This document shows positions 48,171-59,688 of a DNA stretch of 64,000 nucleotides, in pieces (positions within the stretch are counted from its first letter, which is position 1; each line of letters begins with the position of its first letter). The notes under the pieces were generated by a model. It saw only the letters and a program-made list of their open reading frames with translations, ran no database searches and was not told where the DNA came from. A program made the position numbers and the translations under genes. The stretch is from Amoebophrya sp. A120 (lineage: Eukaryota > Protista > Dinoflagellata), in NCBI GenBank assembly GCA_905178155.1, contig CAJINV010000001.1, positions 2,594,089 through 2,658,088 of the forward strand, in the 5' to 3' direction.

Positions 48171-51100
48171 ATGCCCCCCGTCGCTTCTTCCTCCTCCTCC
48201 TCCTCCAGCACTGGGGGCGGCGGGACTGCACCGACGACCGGGGCGGCGACTTCTACTGATGCCGCCGTCGGGCAGCAGCTTCCCTTGCGACAGTTGTCGA
48301 CCCTGCAATTCAACGAGAAGCGTTTCGATAAGGTGCGCTACAGCGATCTGGACAGCATAGAACTTTTGCGATTCGCGTTATCATTCCCGGAAGCCCAAAG
48401 GAGTTCGTATTCGACCTGGAAAGGGTACTTTATTTTCTTTTTGACATGATGTCTGATCAGAGTCGTGACACAATCACAAAGGCTGGAATGAGATTAGAGG
48501 TAGACGCATTTGTTATCACCAAATTTTGCTGCATTTGGTAAAATGGAAGGAGTTGCATTTTTTTCATCTAGGGTCCTTCTTTTTGTTCGAACTACAGGTT
48601 TGACTTTAAGGGCCACCCCCATCAGTCGCACCAGTCGCACTACCGTAATGTAATAGCGCCGCGCTTGGAGTACTGGATCGGGAAAATGCGGGAAAGGGAT
48701 GCTGAGCTGGCCAGGTGGAAGCAGCGAGATCAAGAGAAGGGGGAAAACGAAACGGCGGGGAAGGAGCCAGCAGCTGTTGATGGAAAGGAACGAGTTCCAC
48801 GACCTGACGCGGGTGTCAAAGAAGGTCTTTCCGGTATAGTAGTTTTTTGTCCCAATTGCAAAGAAACGCCATACCTCAATCTAGGTACTTGATTGTTCAT
48901 AGAAAGTGACGCTTCTCAAGATTCCCTCCGGAAAAATAGGTTGAACAAAGTTGATGTTTCCGGACAAAAATTTCGCAGGCGCGAGCGAAGACCATGCCGA
49001 GGAAGCCGACCACAACTCCAACGACAATTCCGACAGTGAAGATTCATCGGAGTTTTCTTTAGACCTGGGAAACCTGAACAGCAAAGAAGGCGACGTGGAG
49101 GCCATTCCCTCCGTGTGGGAAATGCTGTGTCCCGAGTTTGACGGAGAGTTTCTTTGTCCGGCCCAACGGGAAGCGATGGAAGCGATTGTGAGGAACGAGC
49201 AAGACGTGGTGCTGCACGGGCTACTCGGGAAATCACTGGCCTACCTCTTCCCGGTCTCGCTCACCTACGGACTGTGCGTCGTGATCACGACGCGGCCGCA
49301 TGAGCACAGCGAGAAGGTGCGGCGGCTTGTCGGGATGAACATCGGGCACGGAAGTATCGGCCGGGAGCTGTACGACAGCAAGCCGATGTCGCAGAAGTTT
49401 ATCCACTGGAGCAGCAACCCCGTCGTGCAGGAGATCCACGACTCCTGCACCGTCGAGGCGCTGCAGGAGGCGAGTCAGCGCGGGTCCAGTATAGCAGGAG
49501 GAGCCCCGCCGCACGGAAAAACAACCTGCGACGAGGAACCGCCGAACACGCAGCAGAGGGCGGAAAAGGCCGCGGGTGACTTGAAGCGGCGAGTAGACGA
49601 GGCGATGGACCCGGCGCTCCGGAGAAAACGGCTGCAGAAGGAGCGAGAAGAGGAGGAGACGAGAGCGGCGGCCTTGCAACAAGAATTACTGTATAACAAC
49701 AACGCAACAAGTAGTACGACTACAGGTGGAGCTGCAACTTCTACGGAGATGAACTTCTTTTACAATGGAGCCTCATCGTTCTCCTCGTATAATACAACTT
49801 CGCGCCGGCGGTTTTCGGTGTTGTTTCTCCACCCGATTTACTTGGAGAAGGAGAAGGCTTTGAAGAAAAGCTCGACGCTGATCAAGGTGCTGCAGACCGC
49901 GATCCAAAAGAGACCCGGCACCTATTTCGTCATCGACGAAGCACACTGTCTCTCGCCCGCGAGCAAGTGCTTCCGCGCGGAGATGGATCCGGCGCGGCAC
50001 GTGAAGGAGATTTTCGGAGAGGACACGCCCGTCGTGGCGTGTGTCGGGCCCTGCCCAGACGTGAAGAAGTGCGGCTTGCTCGATATGACTTGCTCAAACG
50101 TTACAATCTCAAACGTTACAATAGAGTCTGGAATTTGTGTTGCATGATGAGCACCATGACAGACTCGCGCAGTGTTCCACCTTTTGCAATACAAATTTCG
50201 CCAGATTGTAGTGGGGTTTGGGGCTCCGGAACTTGTCATGCGCAATCCTATGAGAGTTCGCTAGATAATGCACTCTTGCATCACAGAATTCCATATTCTA
50301 TTGTAACGTTTGAGATTGTAACACCTGAACGGGTTATACTCGACCGCGTGGAGGCGGAGTTGAAGCTCCGGCCGGACACGAAACGCTTCGAAATGGTGCC
50401 GAAGCCCGAGGCGCTGCAGGAGCTTGAGATGGAGGTGTGCCAGGTGCCGGAGAATATGCATCGCGAAGAAACTATCGTACTGAAGATTTTAAATTGCAGT
50501 CATGCATGAAAGCAGGTAAAGGTAAAGCAGCATTACAAATTCCATTTTTTAACTCGAAAAAAGTTGTGAAGATGCAATTCATACTAACTTGTTACGGTAC
50601 TATTGCGATGCATAGAGAAGGAGACCAAGCAGTTGTACGACAACTACGTCGCTGGCCAGGTCGTGACGCGGGTGAAGCAACTTCTCCATGCGAATCGGTG
50701 CGTCGTCATTTGCGAAGACAAGCCGCAGCTGCAGCACTTGAAATCCGTGTTTCTCTCCTCCGAAGCGGGGTTCGAGGACGATAGGCGAGCCTTGGTGGTG
50801 GAGGATTTGACGAAACGCTTGTCGCCGCAAAACCGCGTCCCCCCAACGCAGATCATCCGGGACGCCACGCCCAAAATTCCGTTCGACCAAAAAAAGGTTC
50901 TGAAGAAGCCGACGCTGGCGTACCTGCACACAAATATGAAGGTCGCGGAGCGCCAGCTGATGCAGAAGCGGTGGAGCATGGATGCGAACTGCAAGGTGTT
51001 GATCCTCACGGCCAACGTGGGCAAGGGGTCGGCGGCGCGACTCCCCTCGGTGGGCCCGGTCTCTTTAGTCATTCACTACAGTGCGGCCGCTGTGCGGAAC

Positions 51101-53779
51101 CTGAGCCGGCTCGCGGAGGATGTCGCTGTGCTGCTGCACGCCGACCCGCGGGAACAGGAAGTGAAAGAGGATGATGACGAGGTGGTGAAAGTAAACGACC
51201 ATAAAAATAAAGCAGATGCTGAGGCAATAAATATCAGACCAGGAGTACAACATCAGCAGCAGCGCGAGGCCGTTTTGTACTGGGACGGGAAGGAAAGGCT
51301 GCCACAGGGTGGCGGGAAAGAGGCTGCTGCGCACCAAAGCGCCAATAACTTGTCGCACCTCGCCCGACTGAAGAGGAGCATTGTGGACAATGATAAAACG
51401 CAAACGGAGACGGCCACGGAGTGCTGCAAAGAGCTGCGCAGTTACCTGCAAGCGGGGGTGAAAGCGAACATCAAGGGAAACAACAACGCAGCGGACGCCG
51501 CGAAGGCGTTCTTTCTCGCCAAGTTCAGCTTGCACAAGCAAGCGGGGATTTCGGTTTCCTCGATAGACAGATGGAACTCCGGTGCTGGCAGCGCAACCAG
51601 TGCAGCCAGTAGTTCGAACAAAGCGGCGGGCAATATATTGAAGCAGGCACAGCAAGTTACTGGACCAACAACTACAGCCGCCAGTTCTTCGAAGCGGAAG
51701 ATGGACCCCACGCAAGCCGTCCAACAAGGGGACCACGGTGCGAGTGACAATGTGAATATTAGAGCAAAAACTGCACAGGAGGAGGAAGATGCTGCGGTAG
51801 AGCGGCAATTGTTGAAGCAAACGCAACTGGCGCAGAAAGCCGCCGCGGCGGTTAAAACTCGGAACAAGCGGGGATCGAACCCGTTGGTGTCTGGCGGCGC
51901 AGGCGGAGCGTCGTCTTCGTCGACCCAGCGACCAGGTGGTATGTTTGCGAATTTTGCTACTTTCAACAAAAAGGAGAACAAAAATGGTACAAAGCCCGTA
52001 CTGCCATCTGGGAAGGTGCTGGCGACTGCTAGCACTGCAGCTTCCGCCGCTGGCGCACCAGTAGTAGCACCTGGGATAAAAGAACCTGAGAACAACCAAA
52101 CGGCGTTCTCGGGCGCGGAAATACAGAGTAAAAAGAAGGAAACCACGGAAGTAGATCTTTCCTCTCTGAGCCACCAAGATTTTCTTCAGAAACTCCTGAG
52201 CGAGAAAGCCTCCACGACTCGGGCGCCTCCTGGGAAAGGTCCACCCGCCGAGATGAGAGTAGGAGACGTCGCGAGCAGTTCAAGTTCCCTTGCTTCGACG
52301 TTCTTTCTGCAACCAAGTACTACTGTTGCAACGTCGCTGCCAAAGAACAAGAACATCAGTAGGAAAAACAGCAAGGACGCAGCACAGCAGCCGCTTTCGC
52401 GCGCGAATTCCACTATCACGTCGTTGAGTCGTCAGGAGCAGAAGGAGCTGGCGAAGGAGTATCAGCAGGACCTGCCAGCGAAGGTCAGGAAGGTGGATAG
52501 GTACATGGGTGAGAAGATGGCGTCCTTTGCGGCGCTCGAGGTGGCCGATCTAGGTCGGAATAAAGACCAAGTAGAACAAGCGCGGACCACGTCGAAGCGA
52601 CCCGCTGCTCCCTCCAAGGAAGCACCATCTACTTCGACGGGTGAGCAGCAGTCACAGCAACCGTCGGCGAAACGACAGAAGAAAGCGGTCCTGTCGCGCC
52701 AGCACACCGACATTCTTCCGGACAACACACAGAAAGTAGCTACAACGTCGGGGGCCGATACAACACATAATGCTTTTACGGGAAAAAACTACCAGCAGAA
52801 GTCTTTGAAAGAGCGAAAGGCGAGCGATGACATTATGGTGCTCGACTCGTCGGACGACGAAAGCCAAAATAAGGAGGGCCCGAAACAACCTGGCCAAGTT
52901 GTTCCAAATAACATCACCACGACAGGAAATAAATCTGCTTCTACTTTGAAGCAGCAAGGAGCCGGAGGAGCTACGTCCTCTTCCTCTTCCTCGCTGATCG
53001 GCGGGAAGCAAGCTGCGCAAGTCCAGGAGTCCCAACCAAGACCAGCACAGCAAAGTAGTTCTACGTCGAACGGAGCCCCGTCCGTAGCTGCACCCTCAGC
53101 TGCCCGACCTGCTTTAGCATCGGTAGGTGCTCAAGCATCGATCCTTGACCGCCTGAAAGCAGCGCAAAACCCGAAGGGAGGGGGTGCGGGGGTCTCAAGT
53201 GGGAATACTACAGTCGTGGGCGGGAGGCCGGCAGGTGGGGCAACGTCAAAGCAGCCTCCTGGTTTTACCTTTTCCACCACTGGGGGAAGCACAAGTGCAA
53301 TCGGCACAGCAACTCTACAGCCGGCCGCTACGGCTAAAAGCAGCGTGATCAGCGATGTCCCCGTGTCAAGCCGCGTCGTCCGCCCGAATGATGCTGCTCC
53401 TGCAGCTGCACAACGACAACCCCCAGCAGCGAGCAAACCGGCCGGAAATAAGATCAAAGCTGCGGGAGAAGTTCTCCCGAAAGCTACCAAGAAGAAGCAG
53501 GAGTCGATGAAGAAGCAACCTCCGCGGCCGCCCGCGTCCCCACAGCGACGAAGGTCTTTGATCGAAAGCGGAAACAACGACGCGCGGCCAAGTCTGCTCC
53601 AAGCGAACAAGCCAAAGGAGGATTTTTTTCAAGGAATTATCGGAACAGCAGGGAATAGTGCTGCTGCTGCAACCGCTCGAGCAATCAATGGCGCTTTTAA
53701 CAAAGATTTCTCGAACAATTTGTCTGGCGCCGCAAAACAGCAGCTTGCTACTTCCATGCGCCCAGCACCAACATCGTAG
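48171..53779 (+). CDS. Degenerate RecQ-like helicase with long low-complexity C-terminal tail
   Basis: AQREAMEAIV...DVVLHGLLGKSLAYLFP...LCVVIT (motifs 0/I/Ia); YFVIDEAHCLS...FR (motif II); AYLHTNMKVAERQLMQKRW...VLILT (RecA2). Two introners removed in frame. Confidence 0.75.
50084..50338. mobile_element. Introner, family F (CTCAAACGTTACAAT subterminal repeat)
   Basis: TIR; TSD ctcga/ctcga. Confidence 0.88.
50455..50614. mobile_element. Introner, family E
   Basis: TATGCATCGC/GCGATGCATA TIR; TSD gagaa/gagaa. Confidence 0.88.
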
Positions 53780-54340
53780 AAAACCATTAAAAACTTCATT
53801 CTGGTTTTTTCTGCAGAACTAGCAACACACAGACAATTTTCCAATACACAGGCCCCAGATTTTCAGTTTTATCGAACATCATGTTGAAGTTTGTTGCATC
53901 GAGCAAGTTTCGTTCACTATCGCCACGGCATCGTCGAAGGATTTTTCTGTTGCTTGTGTGTGAAACGCAAACGCCAACCTTTCACTCGTGGAAATGATTG
54001 CATCATGATCTTGAGGCGAGCATCGGCAGGTAAAAAGAACTGAGTTGCTCGAGAGGGGAGCAGCTACTGCGCAAACGGGCACGTGTGATCGGAGAAGAGA
54101 AAAATGGCACGGATAATATCGTGCAGTGTGTCAGAGAGAAATGATAGTCGTCAGCTAAGTAGGAGCTGTTGGTGAAGCCAATAGGCCTGCCAAGTCGGTG
54201 AGTAGCGATTCACATTTTTTGTGGAATAAGAAGCGCCCTATACTGGGGGCCGGAGACGGCGTAAGGTAAACACGAAGCCGGCGTAGTTCGTGGTAAATTA
54301 ATAATTTGAGAACAAAGTAAAAGCTGGAGAATTTTCAAAA

Positions 54341-57300
54341 ATGATGGTCACACCTTCCAAGAAGTCCGCGACTCTACTACCCGCTTGCTTTTCGAAAAGC
54401 ATCGGTGTCGCGCTGGTCCTTTCCGTTCTTTCAGCTCTTGCGCGGCCCCACACGACCACGACGGATCACAATTTTGCGGACCATGATGGCAACAAGCGGG
54501 GATACGAGATCGATCAGGGTCGTCAAGAACACGCACGTCCTACCAGCCCTCCGTCTAGGCGGTTGCGCCGGCATGCGGATGTTGTTGATGTCAATGCGAA
54601 TGGTGTAGAGCAGTTTGTAGCTGCTGAACCTGGCGTCCTAGACGAGCGCAGTTTCGCGCCGGGAGAAGAAATTACAACACCATCATCTTCGCAGCGCCGT
54701 CATTCCCACAGGAATAAAGGCGCGACGAGGGTAAAGCGCAAGAACCGGCCAACAGCTTATGATCAGGCGGAATACATTGGTGATTCAACATCTTCATCTC
54801 GTGGCCATGACTTTTACGAGGACGCGGAGTACGCACCGCAAGCAGTGCGTAGAAGCGAAGTTTTCTTCACGGAAGAACCGCAAAAAGACGCAGAGGCACA
54901 GGACGAGGGGTTCGAGGAAAGTTTTGAAGATCAGGCTGATAGAACGACAACAACTCGGAGGACATCGAGATATGAAGATGAAGACGATACTAGTCCACGA
55001 CCAGCTGCCCTCCATGACGAGCAAGGCCTCGCTTTTCACCAGACATTGCAACAGGCCCTGCAGGAACACGAGGAAGGCGGAGAGAATTTCTATCCAGCGG
55101 AACAAGAGCCGGCGGTTTTTCCACATCGGGATAGAAACAGTAGAAGACCTCCAACAAGCACAGCGCAAAAAGGAGCCTTCCAGGCACAACAACTACACGA
55201 GGAGACCACTTCGGATCAGGTTCAGCAGCACAGGAGCACAAGCTCTTTCACGTCCTTCCTCGAACACTGGCACTTGCTCTCTGCTGACAATGCCACGGAT
55301 AGTAGTGCAACTTCCTCCACTTCGACGACTTCCACCACCACGAAAAGACCGACGTACTGCATCCTATATTCGGACGAAACCTTCCTCTGTCCGAACGACG
55401 AGGAGCGCGTCACCGTGGAGAAGCATATCCAGCGGCGCCAGGACTTCTACTGCTACTCCTTGGTCGTTTTCCTCCTCATTGCGTTCGGGCTGCAGGGCTT
55501 CGTCGACGAGTCGCACAAAACCGCAGCGGACTACGGCGGGGTGCAGGCCATGCTGCAGGCGGCGTCGATGAAACAGTTCACCGTGGTGCTGGGAGGGACC
55601 GTGGTCGTCGCGTTGTTGATCGCGGTCGACCTGGTGAACCAGCTCGGGGGTGCGTTTTTCGGAGAGATGCCCCCGGAAAGACTCGACCTCGAAAAGTACA
55701 GCATCGGGGACGTGCGGGAGGGGGTGATCTTCTCCGAAGCGACTTTGATCGTCATGCAGGTGCAGCTGATGTTTATGGTGACCATGCCGTTCTACCTGCT
55801 CTTCGTCGCGCTGTTGGGAACTCAGATGGGGAACACCATCACGAAGTGGAAGTCGTGGGAATTTTCCGGGTTCAGCGAAAAGGTGCTGATGTGCGCATTG
55901 GAAAACGAGGAAAAGATCAAGGACGACGACGAGGAGGGGTATCCACAAAAAAACGCGACCCATGATTCCCATTCAATCTATCTTGCAAAACATGTAGTTT
56001 CAAGGGGTCCTGTGTTTTTCATGCAAAAAATGGATGGGGATTGGTGTTTCAATTTCCAGTGGATAAGGGGCAGAACAAAAAGCGGCAAGAGTACGAGAAG
56101 AAAATCCCCCACGACATGTGCGCGTATTTGGCGACCCGTCGGTCTTACATTTCTCCGCACCAGATCTACGAGAACCGGAAGTACATTCCCCGGATCCTCC
56201 GGCACCCGGACACCCAGTTTCTGCTCTACATGTACTTGCGTCCGGAGCTGGTTGACTGCGCCATCCAGGTGGTGTGTTGGCCGGCTCGCGGGCAGCTGAT
56301 CCTGGCCGGCTTGGTGCTCGGGTTTTTCCTGGTCGCGCACCAACTTGGTGGGAAAGCGCTGCACGAGATGAACCTCGGCGGGACGGACTGGTGTTTGTTT
56401 TGTCCGGTGGTAGCCGCAATCTTGAAGTTTCTCGCCGTGCTGCTGCGCTTGCTGGTGAAGGAGGTATAGATCAGAAGTGAGTCTTTCAAAACTTCTGACA
56501 AGGCTCGATAAAGTTTTCCATTTCTTTTTTGCACGTCAGAGAACTCCACTAGCTATGACGACCCGTAGAAGTCACCAACTTGCGTGAACAAGATGTTCAT
56601 CTGGAGAAATCTTCATGAAAAAAAAACCACAGATCGTCGAGAACATGTCTCTCGACTTAGAGTACTTCAAATGGCTGAAGGACAAAACGCACGGGAAACT
56701 AGAAGCGGCCATCGAGGCCGACAAGGATATGGAAGTGCACCAGCGGCGGTCGAGCGTCCATGTGAAAACCGAGGTCGCGTTTTCCAATCTGCCGGTGGAG
56801 TTGATTCCCAAATGGAAATACGCGCGCAAGCGCGTCGCGAAATCGAAAGGATGGCTAACCTACGTTTGGTACGGAACTTTCGACCCAACGCGCCAGGAAA
56901 TGCTCTGGCCGAGATGGCGGAATGGTATGTAATTTTTTTCGCACAAAAAAGCGGAGTTGTAAAATTTAGTACAAGAAAAATGCAATGATTGAGAATGCCG
57001 TGGTGTTTCGGAATCGAATATACATAATAACAATGCTTTCCGCATTGAAAACTCAACGATTTTTTTGAAGTATCTCATACCATCGCGTTTCGTTTCGAAA
57101 CACGATGGCAATCTGGCCGCGAAGGGTCCAACTTTCGTAGCCCCCACGCGCAGTCGCAAAAAATAGCAAATCGTGTAGTGTTTTTTTCTCATTACCGTCG
57201 CGAAATCAAATTTTTACGGCGAAAAAAAATCGAAAACAGGTCCTTCGGCTGTGCGTGTCGCCATGCAGGAAATATTTTTCTTTGCAACTTTGAATTGCGG

Positions 57301-59688
57301 GTTGGTGGCGGCGCTGCTTTTGACGTGGACCAAATTTGACACCATTCTGTCGCAGTGGAACATGTTTCTGTATTGATAATTTATTTTTCTTTCATCCTTG
57401 TTGTCAGCACTCTGTCAAGTCATGCATTCTGTCTCGGCAAGAGTTCTTCTTGTAACAAAAAAATGAACCCACGACAGATCATCTTCTTTTTACCAAAAAC
57501 AAAAAATCTATACCTAAAAAAGGTATTTTTTCCTGACCCTTGGCATCACTCTGCACATTATTCTGTACGACATCGCGCCGTTCATAACGCTTTGGACCCT
57601 CGCCGCCCGCACGGACACGATGACGGACGACAGCAATTTGCAGAAGGAGGTCCGGGAAATGAGCGCGTACTTCGGCGACGCTATCCTGAGTAAAAACGTA
57701 CCCACACCAGAGTCAGGATGAGGATTTTGCAACACAAACCTAGGAGTTTTGTGAGTCACGCATGACAAGTTGCGCTCTGCAGTGTAGTGCAGGTTAGCAA
57801 GTGCAGCCGCATCACAGACTCCTCTGCTCATCCTGTTCACAGCATCACAAATTCCAAAACACGATTGGAAATGGCTCTCATGGGGATGCGCATTACAAGT
57901 CTTCCCGTCTTTGCAAATCTGCATTACAACTCTGGCGTGGGTACGTTTTTATTCAGGATAGACGCGGCGCTGCAGGAGTTCTGCGGCGCGCTGTATTTGC
58001 ACGTTATGCATTGCAAATATGTCTGGGTCTGGAAGGATCCAAAGTTGTGATGCGTGTTTCGGATCCTACAAAGATCTGTGATGCAGAACGTGCAAAAGGT
58101 TCCCACATATGGCCATGCTGAGAGGGCATCTCTCATGCAGAATACGCATCACCAAGGAGCTGTGGAACCTGTGATGCTAGGCCCTGCATTCCAGACGTGG
58201 CGGAGCTTGAAAAAACTGCATGACAAATTTCGGAATCTCCCAGACCCAGACATTTTTGCATTTGATACACGTGTTGTACAAGGAACTGCATTTGAACAGC
58301 CAAGCCACCCTCCAGGACCTTCGCGTGCAGTACTACGCCGCGTTTTCCGAGTATGGATGTGTCAGAATCGAAATTAACAAAATCGAAAAATTTGTGATGC
58401 ACAAAATCGATGTCAGTTGGAGCCTCATTTTCCAAGTGGCGCATGACAAATTTCGGGAGCACCAAATTCCAGCCTGTCATGCTGTTTGGGCAAAGAAGAC
58501 AGCTCCTGTCTTGCCACCCTGGCAGCACATTGCATACCCCTAAACAGGCCTGCAATCGGTCTCATTTGCCTGCTCCCCAATACAGGTCTTCAGTGCCCTA
58601 CATTTTATGCATCACAAATTTTTCGACTTTGTCGATTTCGATCCTGACACATCCATACCGAGGCGGAGCGCAGTGTGATCGCGGACGAGTACGAGCAGGC
58701 GTGCGAGGACCCGGCTGCGGGGTTGACGGAGACGGAAACGAACAAGTTGCTGAAGAAGCTCGGGTTTGACAATCCGGGGGCCGACCTGTCCAAGTGGGTG
58801 AAGATGCTCCAGATTCACGCCCCGGACCGGTTGCAGGAGGCGGAGTTCGAGGCCCTGGTCGCGGTTTTTTTCAAGACCTGCTACGAAAAGATGCCACGCG
58901 ACGTGATCGACACGGCGTTGATGCACCTAGCGGACGCGGGCGAAATCGGCGAGCTGGCGACGCACGTTTCGGTGCAGAAAATGGTGACGATCTACGAGTC
59001 GGTCGGAATCTCGACCGTGGACGCGAAGCGGCACGCCAAGGACCTGCTGTATCGCGCCCACATCTTCGCGAACGAGGGCGCCTCGCTGGAGACGGAGGCG
59101 GTCGGCGATCTCGGAGATTTGGATTGGTCACTACGGGGCTTCTTCCGGCTCCCCGGGTCCATGCCAGCAGCCGCGAGCAGTGGGAAAAAAGCGGTGGACG
59201 CGGCGAAAAAGAAAGCCGCGGCGGCCGGAGAGACGGTCTCCCTGAACTCGCTGGTCAAGGGAATATGAACTTCAAATATGTCTGGGTCTGGAGAATACAA
59301 ACTTGTGATGCGCATTTCAGAGCACAGAAAAATCTCTCATGCATAGGCAGCAAAAGTTCTCACTTTCTGTCACCAAAATGGGGGATTTTTCATGCGGATT
59401 CGGCATTGCAAACGCTTCTCCAAACCTGTGTTGCTAGAGCTTCCATGCCAGACCTTCTGTGTCATGCAAAAACAGCTTGACTCTTCCAGATCCAGACATT
59501 TTTGCATTTGATAGAGTAGCAGCAAAGACAAAAACGAGGAGGATGACGACGGCAAGCGGCCTCTGACCGAGAAGGAGATTCAAGCGGCCATTGACGCGGA
59601 CGTCTGCGCGACTCACAAACCCGGGGCTGTGCTGATCCACATCTTCGCAGGCTTTTTGTTGCACGAGCAAAACCGGCGGGGGGAGTGA
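54341..59688 (+). CDS. Multi-pass membrane protein, MLO-like with degenerate EF-hand tail (paralog 1)
   Basis: Signal peptide, about 7 TM segments, FLLYMYLRPEL, YGTFDPTRQEMLWPRWRNGP; 5 introners and 3 GT-AG introns join in frame to TGA 59688; homologous to the downstream gene. Confidence 0.7.
55940..56065. mobile_element. Introner, family I (shortest, 126 bp; TIR TATCCAC)
   Basis: TSD agggg/agggg; EEG|QNK. Confidence 0.82.
57682..57960. mobile_element. Introner, family B
   Basis: TIR; TSD gacgc/gacgc. Confidence 0.92.
58005..58267. mobile_element. Introner, family A
   Basis: TIR; TSD cacgt/cacgt. Confidence 0.92.
58352..58657. mobile_element. Introner, family J (~50-bp TIR TATGGATGTGTCAG...)
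   Basis: Long TIR; TSD ccgag/ccgag. Confidence 0.92.
59264..59513. mobile_element. Introner, family A
   Basis: TIR; diverged TSD gggaa/gagta; LVK|SSS in frame. Confidence 0.88.

Noticed and set aside
50644-53632. Long minus-strand ORFs opposite the RecQ tail and other large exons
   Set aside because: Antisense shadows of GC-rich + strand coding sequence.
3302-59513. Recurrent 30-bp repeats read as a CRISPR array
   Set aside because: They are inverted pairs around homologous interiors, separated by coding exons of variable length. There are no cas genes and the context is eukaryotic.
2707-59513. An autonomous transposase for the introners
   Set aside because: All elements are 323 bp or shorter, and I saw no DDE, tyrosine-recombinase or RT motifs anywhere in the window.
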